DNA of 64,000 bases, from IMG/VR virus record IMGVR_UViG_3300028388_004019, positions 96,001 through 160,000 of that record. The stretch is one strand, 5' to 3'. Under the pieces are notes generated by a model. The model was not told the origin of the DNA and made no database searches. It worked only from the letters and a program-made list of their open reading frames with translations. The stretch comes from a virus. Numbering within the stretch: position 1 is the first letter of the stretch; each line of letters opens with the position of its first letter. This document shows, piece after piece, positions 41,167 to 49,245 of this stretch. The position numbers and the translations under genes were made by a program.

Positions 41167-42924
41167 ATGGAAGAAAATAAAGTAGTATCAAAAATACCTG
41201 AAGTAAGGGCAACTCGTATCTTAGAAGACTACGAAGGGTTCAACAATTACATATTGGGCCTGAAGAAAAAAATGCAAGTCAAAAAGCATTTTAAGATGAC
41301 TCGTGCTCAGGCCGACTACATCATTGACTTCCACGACATCACCCCAAAGGTTGCAAGAAAGTGGGTGGAGTTGGACGAATACTTTGGTAAAAAGATGATG
41401 GAAGAAAAACTTCTTACCAAAAGACCAACGCAAATATACGTAGAAAAAATCTTAGTAGAAAAAGATAAATCATTTCATATCTACGGAAAATTATTCGAAA
41501 CTGAAGAACTATATGACTTTTGGTTACCCAAAGCCGCAGTTATTCAAAACAAAGAAAGACAAGTTGAAGTGGATTATTCAAAATACAGTCATAGACCACC
41601 ACTCGAACATCAGAAACTCGCAATTGAAAAGTTAGTAGGTAACGACAAATATATCCTTGCTGATGATATGGGATTGGGTAAGACCACATCTACAGTAATT
41701 GCAGCTTTAGAAGCAGAAGCTAAAAAGATATTGATTATATGTCCTGCGTCTTTGAAGATTAACTGGCAACGTGAGATTGCGAATTACACCGATAGAGAGG
41801 TTTCCATCATTGAAGGAAAGAAGTGGGAACCTACAGACTTCACCATCATCAACTTTGATATCTTAAAGAACTTTCATGACCTAAAGAAAGTAAAAGAATC
41901 TTTGGTATTGAAGGAAGATTTTGATTTGGTAATTATTGATGAGGCACATTATATTCAAAACAAACAAGCTCAGAGAACAAAGATAGCTAATGACATCTGT
42001 AAGAAGGTTGGAAAGGTTTGGTTATTAACAGGTACTCCAATGACCTCACGACCAATCAACTACTTCAATCTATTAGATTTGGTGGATTCACCGATAGCTT
42101 ACAATTGGATGGCATACGCAATCCGTTATTGTGAAGGTTACCAATTCAATGTAGGTAACAGAAAGGTATGGAATGTTAATGGAGCATCCAACCTAATAGA
42201 ATTAAGAGACAGAACAAAAACACACGTCCTAAGAAGGTTAAAAGAGGACATCTTAGATTTACCTGAAAAGATTCTTACACCAGTTTATCTAAGGCTAAAG
42301 TCAAAACAATACGAAGCACTTATGGGTGAATACTTTGATTGGTATGACAACCACACCGAGGAGTCGTCCTCATTAACCGTGCAATTCTCAAAACTGATGA
42401 AAGTAAGACAAGTCATCGCTGAAGAGAAGGTGAGAGACACCATTGAGATTGCACAAAATATTATTGAACAGGGAAAGAAAGTTATTATCTTCACCAACTT
42501 TACCGATACATTAAACCAAATTAAATCACATTTTGGAAAGTCTGCAGTTGCGTTAGACGGAAGAATGAGTAAACCCGCAAGACAAAACTCGGTGGATGAA
42601 TTCCAAAATAATGAAAAGGTAATGGTATTTGTTGGTAACCTCAAAGCCGCAGGTGTGGGTATCACACTGACCGCAGCTGAAGCCGTTATTATGAATGACC
42701 TCTCGTTCGTTCCTTCTGACCACTCACAAGCAGAAGACCGAGCATATAGATACGGACAAAAATCAAACGTATCCGTATTTTATCCAATTTTTGAGAATAC
42801 AATTGAAGGTGTTATTTATGACATCTTATCCAATAAGAAAAATGTATTTGAAACAGTTATGGGTGATAACGTAGACAGAGGGACGGTTGTAGAAGAAATC
42901 TTAAATACAATTTCAAGAAGATAA
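41167..42924 (+). CDS. SNF2-family (HARP/SMARCAL1-like) helicase
   Basis: LADDMGLGKT, DEAH, LTGTP, GVGITLT and QAEDRAYRYGQ. Confidence 0.92.
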   Translation: MEENKVVSKIPEVRATRILEDYEGFNNYILGLKKKMQVKKHFKMTRAQADYIIDFHDITPKVARKWVELDEYFGKKMMEEKLLTKRPTQIYVEKILVEKDKSFHIYGKLFETEELYDFWLPKAAVIQNKERQVEVDYSKYSHRPPLEHQKLAIEKLVGNDKYILADDMGLGKTTSTVIAALEAEAKKILIICPASLKINWQREIANYTDREVSIIEGKKWEPTDFTIINFDILKNFHDLKKVKESLVLKEDFDLVIIDEAHYIQNKQAQRTKIANDICKKVGKVWLLTGTPMTSRPINYFNLLDLVDSPIAYNWMAYAIRYCEGYQFNVGNRKVWNVNGASNLIELRDRTKTHVLRRLKEDILDLPEKILTPVYLRLKSKQYEALMGEYFDWYDNHTEESSSLTVQFSKLMKVRQVIAEEKVRDTIEIAQNIIEQGKKVIIFTNFTDTLNQIKSHFGKSAVALDGRMSKPARQNSVDEFQNNEKVMVFVGNLKAAGVGITLTAAEAVIMNDLSFVPSDHSQAEDRAYRYGQKSNVSVFYPIFENTIEGVIYDILSNKKNVFETVMGDNVDRGTVVEEILNTISRR

Positions 42925-42945
42925 GAATATTTTCCCATACGATAT

Positions 42946-42953
42946 TATTTATA
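42946..42953 (+). promoter_or_regulatory. Candidate late promoter element TATTTATA
   Basis: 15 nt before the SOD-fusion ATG 42969. Confidence 0.65.
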
Positions 42954-42968
42954 AGAAAATGAAAACGT

Positions 42969-44510
42969 ATGGAATTCAAAAAAAGCCAAGAAAGAATCCA
43001 TGAGATAGAACAACAAATCTCGGGTTCAGAAAAAAAAGAAATAATTCAAGAACAACAAAAGAAAATGAAAAGAATAACGGCAATTAAGTTACCGTATTCT
43101 TATTCTTCATTAGGCCAATTCATTGACAAAGAGACAATGAATGTTCACTACAATCAACACTACAAAGGGTATATTAAGAAACTCAACAACGCTCTCAAGT
43201 CAGTTAAGGACAAAGACTTAGATTTAGAACTTCTTATCAAAGGTATATCTCGTTATAACAGGACTATCAGAAATAATGCTGGTGGTGCCTACAATCACGA
43301 ACTATTTTGGCAAATGTTATCACCAAAAAAACAAGAACCAACAGGTCCTGTTTTAGATAAGATTAAGAAGAAGTTTAAGACTTACGCTAACTTCAAAAAA
43401 GAATTTAAGAATAAAGCAAAACAACAATTCGGCTCAGGATGGGTATGGTTGGTATTAACAAAAGGTGGTGATGTAAAAGTGATGACCACCTCAAATCAAG
43501 ATAACCCAATGATGAACACAATGAAAAACGGTGGTATTCCATTGTTAGGGTTGGATTTGTGGGAACACGCATATTACTTAAAATACAAAAATAGAAGAGA
43601 CCAATACGTAGACAACTTCTTTGAGGTAATCAACTGGTCATTCGTCAACAAACAATTTGACGAATTCCAAAAGGGTAAATTGAACGAATCAAGAGTGGTT
43701 AAGTCTTTGATTACTGAGGGTACTTCAAGAGGATGTTCACCAAAACAGGTAAACTCTTATAGAATGATTTTCAATAGAAACCCTCAGGTCAAGAAGAAGT
43801 TTATGTACGCCATCATGGATATATTGAAAGAAGTTTATTCTGAATTCCACTACGGTAAAAATGAATATGCACCAGGTCAGATGTCAGGTATCTATGACTT
43901 TGAACAACCAGGTCGTTCAGTAATCAACAAACTTAATACCAACTACTCAGCATTCTGTATTTTAGTTAATGACTTGAATGCAGTATTGAAACACTATGGT
44001 CAGGACCCTCTAAACCTTATAGGTTCCGACAACAAAAAACAATTACAAGAGGTCCAAAGAATGATTAACCTAATGATTCAATTTAGACATCGTATATTCA
44101 ATCAAGAATCGGCAACCTTCCAAACAATTATGGCATCATTAGATAGGTCAAATAAGTTTGGCGATGAAAGAGAATTGAAGGCAGTTGTTAACATGAAAGA
44201 TATTTTCAATACTAAGAAGGTATTCAAAGTTGGTGAACTCGGAGGTAAAGACGACATGATTGGTGGTATTGACGCTACAGTTGAAATTGATGGTGAAAAC
44301 AAAACAATTCAAATTAAACCTTTTAATGGTTATGAAGAAGAAGATGGTAGAATGGTTGTGTTCGGTACAGGTAACGTAAAACCTTACAAAACAGACTACA
44401 TAGCTTTCCATAACGACTCCAAAGGTACAATTGTATTTGCTAACGATAATACTGAAATCAAAAACGGTAGATTTACATTCCCTGTGGATAGTTGGGTGAA
44501 TCCTAAATAA
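42969..44510 (+). CDS. sodA: Mn/Fe superoxide dismutase (Mn-type signatures) fused to a C-terminal PD-(D/E)xK-like domain
   Basis: LPYSY, TMNVHYNQH, NNAGGAYNH, FGSGWVWL, NQDNP and DLWEHAYY; C-terminal GDERE...GIDA...TIQIKP. Confidence 0.85.
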   Translation: MEFKKSQERIHEIEQQISGSEKKEIIQEQQKKMKRITAIKLPYSYSSLGQFIDKETMNVHYNQHYKGYIKKLNNALKSVKDKDLDLELLIKGISRYNRTIRNNAGGAYNHELFWQMLSPKKQEPTGPVLDKIKKKFKTYANFKKEFKNKAKQQFGSGWVWLVLTKGGDVKVMTTSNQDNPMMNTMKNGGIPLLGLDLWEHAYYLKYKNRRDQYVDNFFEVINWSFVNKQFDEFQKGKLNESRVVKSLITEGTSRGCSPKQVNSYRMIFNRNPQVKKKFMYAIMDILKEVYSEFHYGKNEYAPGQMSGIYDFEQPGRSVINKLNTNYSAFCILVNDLNAVLKHYGQDPLNLIGSDNKKQLQEVQRMINLMIQFRHRIFNQESATFQTIMASLDRSNKFGDERELKAVVNMKDIFNTKKVFKVGELGGKDDMIGGIDATVEIDGENKTIQIKPFNGYEEEDGRMVVFGTGNVKPYKTDYIAFHNDSKGTIVFANDNTEIKNGRFTFPVDSWVNPK

Positions 44511-44525
44511 ATCACATTTACTGGA

Positions 44526-44533
44526 TATTTATA
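44526..44533 (+). promoter_or_regulatory. Candidate late promoter element TATTTATA
   Basis: 14 nt before the neck gene ATG 44548. Confidence 0.65.
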
Positions 44534-44547
44534 TATAAAAGTCCACG

Positions 44548-45660
44548 ATGTCGATTATTATAGAACCACAAAGAACAAAACTTTACACAAGAATTCGTCA
44601 CCTACTCGGTGCACCTCTAAGAGGTATCGAGATAGAAGATGAAATGATGGATTCTTTATTGGAATTATCTGTTGAAGATTATTCTCAATACGTAAATGAT
44701 TGGTTAATTGAATCACAATGGACATCTTTATATGGTCTTAATCAGGATACTCAATCTGTTGCTAAAGCACTTATCACACGTTCTTTAGATTGGGAAACTC
44801 AATACACTTACGCATATTCTAAGATTGTTGGTTTACAAGCTGGTGGTGATGCTGTTCTTAAAAAGGACTACATCAACCTACAAAGAAACCAACAAATATA
44901 TGAAATACCTGCGGGTCGTGAACTTAATGAATTATTATGGTTCACAAGAGCAGAGTTAGACGCTGCATTCTTCGACCCATTCATGGGTGGTTTTGGAGGA
45001 TTTGGTGGTATCGGTCTTGGTGGTGGTGCTGGCTTCTCACAAATGGGAGGTCAAGGAAACTACTTTGTTACACCAGCGTTTGACATCTTATTAAGGATGC
45101 AAGACATCAATATTAAAAGAAGACTTATCGGTGGTGAACTTACTTATAGAGTAACTGCACTTCCTGAAGGTAAAAAGGCAATACACCTTTATAACGTACC
45201 TGGTGGTAAGTTTGATTTTGGTAATATCGCAAACAACGAATACAAAGTATGGTATTGGTATTATGAAACAGATGACAGAGAATCTTGTTTAGCCGAAAAC
45301 CCTGATATTGTACGTTTACCGTCAGATGTTAATTTAGATAACTTAAGATGGGACGAACTTAACTCACCAGCACAAACGTGGGTTCGTAGATGGTTCACTG
45401 CTTACGTTAAAGAAACGTTAGGTAGAGTAAGAGGTAAATTCAGTGGTAATCTAAAAACTCCTGATTCTGAACTTCAATTGGAATACGATTCATTATTAAG
45501 TGAGTCTAAAGATGAGAAGTCTAAATTAGAGGAGGAACTAAAAATGAGATTAGAAAGACTCCGTCCTGATAAAATGATGGAAGTTAAGGCTAGTCAAGCT
45601 GAAAGCTTGAACAAACAACTACAATACAGAGCACTTCCACGACAAATCTATATAGTCTAA
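44548..45660 (+). CDS. Neck / head-tail adaptor protein (gp13-like)
   Basis: RHLLGAP...IEIEDEM N-terminus; WVRRW..A..KE.LGRVRGKFSG....D...L..E C-terminus. Confidence 0.75.
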   Translation: MSIIIEPQRTKLYTRIRHLLGAPLRGIEIEDEMMDSLLELSVEDYSQYVNDWLIESQWTSLYGLNQDTQSVAKALITRSLDWETQYTYAYSKIVGLQAGGDAVLKKDYINLQRNQQIYEIPAGRELNELLWFTRAELDAAFFDPFMGGFGGFGGIGLGGGAGFSQMGGQGNYFVTPAFDILLRMQDINIKRRLIGGELTYRVTALPEGKKAIHLYNVPGGKFDFGNIANNEYKVWYWYYETDDRESCLAENPDIVRLPSDVNLDNLRWDELNSPAQTWVRRWFTAYVKETLGRVRGKFSGNLKTPDSELQLEYDSLLSESKDEKSKLEEELKMRLERLRPDKMMEVKASQAESLNKQLQYRALPRQIYIV

Positions 45661-45661
45661 T

Positions 45662-45994
45662 ATGGGGATTTTTAAGAGTTATCCTGTTACAAAAATTGTT
45701 AACGGGAATACAGTCAAAACTTCTGATGCAATAATCTGTACAAATACAGGATACACTACAAATGGTGAAGCGGCAATTATCGTAAAAAATGTGGAACAGT
45801 GTGTTGTAACTTTAGATGAAACAACCACTGACCACATTACAATTAAATCTATGACTAATGTCACGATTAAAAGTGACAAACTAATTGACGACGAATACAA
45901 TCAGATTGAGACCGAAAGAGGTGCGTCTGTTGAATTAAGATACGTCGGACAAGGTTGGTATATTATGTCATCTGATGGACTGAAGAACTCATAA
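45662..45994 (+). CDS. Small beta-rich hypothetical protein
   Basis: 110 aa, starts 1 nt after the neck gene stop. Confidence 0.55.
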   Translation: MGIFKSYPVTKIVNGNTVKTSDAIICTNTGYTTNGEAAIIVKNVEQCVVTLDETTTDHITIKSMTNVTIKSDKLIDDEYNQIETERGASVELRYVGQGWYIMSSDGLKNS

Positions 45995-48722
45995 GTTCTC
46001 TATTTTTACTGACATATTCTTCATCCACTAAATCCATAGTACCATCCACATACATATAGTATGGGTCAATACCTACACTATTCCAAAACTTAATCTCAGT
46101 ATCAGATATGGTTAAAACCTCTTCTAAAGTATCTTGGTCACCTTCACGACGAGGATATCCTCTTACCAATTCCGTTTGTGTTTTAGTGAAGAATGGTCTT
46201 TGTGTCGGGTCATCTACTAATATTTCATCACGAATGTCTGTCGAGAACACAACCAACAAAGGTTCAATACGTTTGTTAAATGCAGCAAGATAACGAGGAA
46301 CATTATACTCACCCAACATATCGGGTTTTTCAGTAATGTCTTTTTCATTTACGTGATAACAATTGAGTACAACTTGGTCTTTTTTCTTTTGTACATCACC
46401 GTGAGACTTTCTTTCACCATTATTAACATAGTAGATAGTATCACCCAAACCAACAGGTAAATCATGTTTCATTGCCAACTCCATATGTGCTTGACGTGAC
46501 ATTAATGAACCTGACTTTGTTCTTTTAGTGATGTGAACTTTATATTCTGCAATACTTTGTTTTACACGGGCTTTGTTTGCGATTTTAGAAATAGGAATCT
46601 GACGATTATAAATCACATCTACATATTCATAGTAGTACTCTAAGAATTCGTGACCCTTACCATCTAACAACATACGAAGACCTTTATCCAAAAACTCTGC
46701 AACATATGTTGGGAGTTTCTTAGATTTAATCGTATTACCTGTAAGTTTTACCTTACCTGAGTCTGTGAGTAGTGCATAGTTCTTACGAGCCACGTTGATA
46801 GTTGACGGCCAAACACCATCGGTATCTAATCCCATCTCACCTCTCATAAAGATGTCATTGTATTCTGCAACATCGGCTTCAGTACCATAATAAGTTTTAC
46901 CTTCTTTTACCAAACCATTAAGACCCTTACCAACATAACTATGTTCCTCACGACCAGGAGGGGAAGAGAAGTTAACACCATCCGTATCCATTACCAATGG
47001 TTTGTATCCACGAGACATAAACCACATAATCATCTGTCGTAGGTATTGACGACCAGTACAAGTAATCTGTTCACCCATATCCATGTCACCCCATGGGAAT
47101 ACGTGAGGTGCCGACAATGAACCGAAGAATGCGTTGATGAAAATCTTAATCGGTAATTGTTTACGGTTATATTGTGAGGATAGTTTCTTATCCGTTGATG
47201 AGTATTCTGCTGCGAGTTGTTTGTATTTTATACGAGTATCACGGAAATACTTCAACATACTCTTCATCGCACCTGTAACATCACACTTAGGGAACACGTC
47301 GTGAACCAACTGAATAGATGGGTATAGTGACGAGTAGTCAAGTTTTAGTACGTCAGTGGAGTATCCAACAGCAAGAAGACGAGAAAGTCCACCAGTGAAC
47401 GGTCTTTTATCCCCTTTTGCAGGAATTGCTAATCCGTTCTTATACGACCACGAAGCCATAATCATTTTCCATAGTGTGGCGGTTCCCATCGTAGAAAGAC
47501 GTTCGTAGGTGGTTGGTACCAACTTAGCAAGAAGGAAGTTTGCTTGGTTATATTCTTCATCTACAACCATTGTTTCCCAAATATCATCGTATAAGTATCG
47601 TTCAATGATGTACTTACCATTAACCTCCTCAAACGCACCTGGATAACGTTGCATTAAGTTTTCAGTACCAGGTGCTCCGACCTCTTTGTAACCACCTGAC
47701 TTGGGATTAAAGTAGTAGTCCTTATTGTCAAAATAGATTTTACCAATCTTATCACCCTGAACATACACACGATTTTCTTTCTCCGCCCCGATGAATTGGG
47801 TAATATATTTAAGACCCCAACTCTTAATGTCTGAGTTGATGGCTTGTGCTCTACGGACCGCATGGGCAATATCAACAACATTGTAACCCCACATCTGCAT
47901 CTGAGTGTATTCTTCCATCTCGTTTGCCAACTTCAACATTCCGTCCTTTGTACGGTAGTTTACTTCAGGGTTGAGGGTTTTGATAATCTTCTTTGGGTCC
48001 AATCCTAAAATCTCTGCTCTACGAATTAAGAATGGAAAATCGAAGAATGCTGAGTTGTATCCACCGATAAGTGTTGGTTTGAGGTGATTTACAATATCGA
48101 AAAACTCAATGATAAGTTTTCTTTCTTCTTCAGGATTTTCCGCTGACAATACCTTTTCATATCCTCTATTGTCTTTCATTCCAATAAGGAATATTTCACT
48201 ATCCTCAGGTGAAAGACCTGTGGTCTCAATATCGAATACGAAACGGTGAACCTCATCATATTCGTCAAACCCTTTGAAAAGTCGTTTACCCTTCTGACAT
48301 AGATATTGTTCTGTCGGTGGTAAAATCATAATATCCCCTGAGTTATCTCTATTCCATGGGTCTAATCCACCTCCTTTGAAGAAGTTTACTAAGTTTGAGT
48401 ATGATTTGGTTGTTTTGACAATATATTTCAAACCTTTCTCCATTCTTTCATCACCGTGAGTTTCCAATCTTTCGATAAGAATTCCGTGGGTTGACATTGC
48501 TTGTTTCTGAGCTGCTTTTGAACCACCATAGAAATTCTTTCCATGGAGGTCTCCCACCCATGCAAACGGAATAAATGAGTCTGATTTGATTTGTTTACCC
48601 TGAATAGGGTCTTGAATTACTTTGAATATTTTCCCTGAACGGTAGTCATACTCTAACGCCACTATATACTTTTCAGGGTCTTCCCCTAATAGGAATTCTT
48701 CGATTACTTCTTGTGATACCAT
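45963..48722 (-). CDS. Family B DNA polymerase with 3'-5' exonuclease
   Basis: ExoI FDIETTG, ExoII YNSAFFD, ExoIII YLYDD; motif A LDYSSLYPS, motif B KIFINAFFG, motif C DTDG; no intein. Confidence 0.96.
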   Translation of the reverse strand: MVSQEVIEEFLLGEDPEKYIVALEYDYRSGKIFKVIQDPIQGKQIKSDSFIPFAWVGDLHGKNFYGGSKAAQKQAMSTHGILIERLETHGDERMEKGLKYIVKTTKSYSNLVNFFKGGGLDPWNRDNSGDIMILPPTEQYLCQKGKRLFKGFDEYDEVHRFVFDIETTGLSPEDSEIFLIGMKDNRGYEKVLSAENPEEERKLIIEFFDIVNHLKPTLIGGYNSAFFDFPFLIRRAEILGLDPKKIIKTLNPEVNYRTKDGMLKLANEMEEYTQMQMWGYNVVDIAHAVRRAQAINSDIKSWGLKYITQFIGAEKENRVYVQGDKIGKIYFDNKDYYFNPKSGGYKEVGAPGTENLMQRYPGAFEEVNGKYIIERYLYDDIWETMVVDEEYNQANFLLAKLVPTTYERLSTMGTATLWKMIMASWSYKNGLAIPAKGDKRPFTGGLSRLLAVGYSTDVLKLDYSSLYPSIQLVHDVFPKCDVTGAMKSMLKYFRDTRIKYKQLAAEYSSTDKKLSSQYNRKQLPIKIFINAFFGSLSAPHVFPWGDMDMGEQITCTGRQYLRQMIMWFMSRGYKPLVMDTDGVNFSSPPGREEHSYVGKGLNGLVKEGKTYYGTEADVAEYNDIFMRGEMGLDTDGVWPSTINVARKNYALLTDSGKVKLTGNTIKSKKLPTYVAEFLDKGLRMLLDGKGHEFLEYYYEYVDVIYNRQIPISKIANKARVKQSIAEYKVHITKRTKSGSLMSRQAHMELAMKHDLPVGLGDTIYYVNNGERKSHGDVQKKKDQVVLNCYHVNEKDITEKPDMLGEYNVPRYLAAFNKRIEPLLVVFSTDIRDEILVDDPTQRPFFTKTQTELVRGYPRREGDQDTLEEVLTISDTEIKFWNSVGIDPYYMYVDGTMDLVDEEYVSKNRELMSSSVHQMT

Positions 48723-48798
48723 AATATTTTCTTTTCGTCTGAGACATTATACTCACATCGTAATGATGTGATTACTCTTTGACATTTATACTATGGAA

Positions 48799-48827
48799 AT
48801 AATAAGAAGTCTTTCTCTTCTTGTCAA
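48799..48827 (-). promoter_or_regulatory. Sigma70-like promoter TTGACA-N17-TATTAT
   Basis: Consensus -35 box and 17-nt spacer, about 75 nt upstream of the polymerase ATG. Confidence 0.65.
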
Positions 48828-49177
48828 ATGATATTGATATAAAGATTTTCTCTGATTGGTGCAATCAGTTCACCCATTGAATTGATGATTGAGAATTCAC
48901 CTAAGTACCTACCTTTTCTTCTTGTGTCTCTCAAAGACCACTTATAAAAAATATAATATTCTTTCGGAGAGTCAGGGTTTTCTTGATTTTTTTCTGTGAT
49001 AAATGCATTATTCATCACAATTTTTGGTATTCCTGTTGACAGTTCCTTCATGGAAAATCTGATGGTAGCGTTATCTAAATCCGCATCGAATGTTTTCCAT
49101 GAGTCTGTTCTACCATCTTTCACCACACTCATCTTGAGTATCGGTAATTCACTGTTTTGTTTTATAAAGAATTCCAT
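48824..49177 (-). CDS. Standalone fibre-anchor (BppU-like) domain, paralogue of the N-terminus of 52471..55821; start revised
   Basis: MEFFIKQNSELPIL... aligns by eye with MEFFIKKNSTLPKL...; TATTTATA lies between ATG 49195 and ATG 49177. Confidence 0.65.
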   Translation of the reverse strand: MEFFIKQNSELPILKMSVVKDGRTDSWKTFDADLDNATIRFSMKELSTGIPKIVMNNAFITEKNQENPDSPKEYYIFYKWSLRDTRRKGRYLGEFSIINSMGELIAPIRENLYINII

Positions 49178-49180
49178 GTT

Positions 49181-49188
49181 TATAAATA
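49181..49188 (-). promoter_or_regulatory. Candidate late promoter element TATTTATA
   Basis: 3 nt before ATG 49177. Confidence 0.6.
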
Positions 49189-49195
49189 TCCACAT

Positions 49196-49224
49196 AAAGA
49201 AAAACCCCTCCGAAGAGGGGTTTT
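49196..49224 (-). terminator. Rho-independent terminator after the T/P-rich fibre gene
   Basis: CCCCTC-TTCG-GAGGGG followed by TTTTTCTTT. Confidence 0.8.
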
Positions 49225-49245
49225 ATATTTTTATTTATGTTTTGG

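Noticed and set aside
45963-48722. Inteins or introns in the polymerase, helicase or RNR
   Set aside because: Lengths and motif spacing are uninterrupted; no splicing or homing-endonuclease motifs were seen.
49178-49195. MWIFIN extension of ORF 48824..49195
   Set aside because: The paralogue begins at MEFFIK, and the late-type element lies inside the extension.
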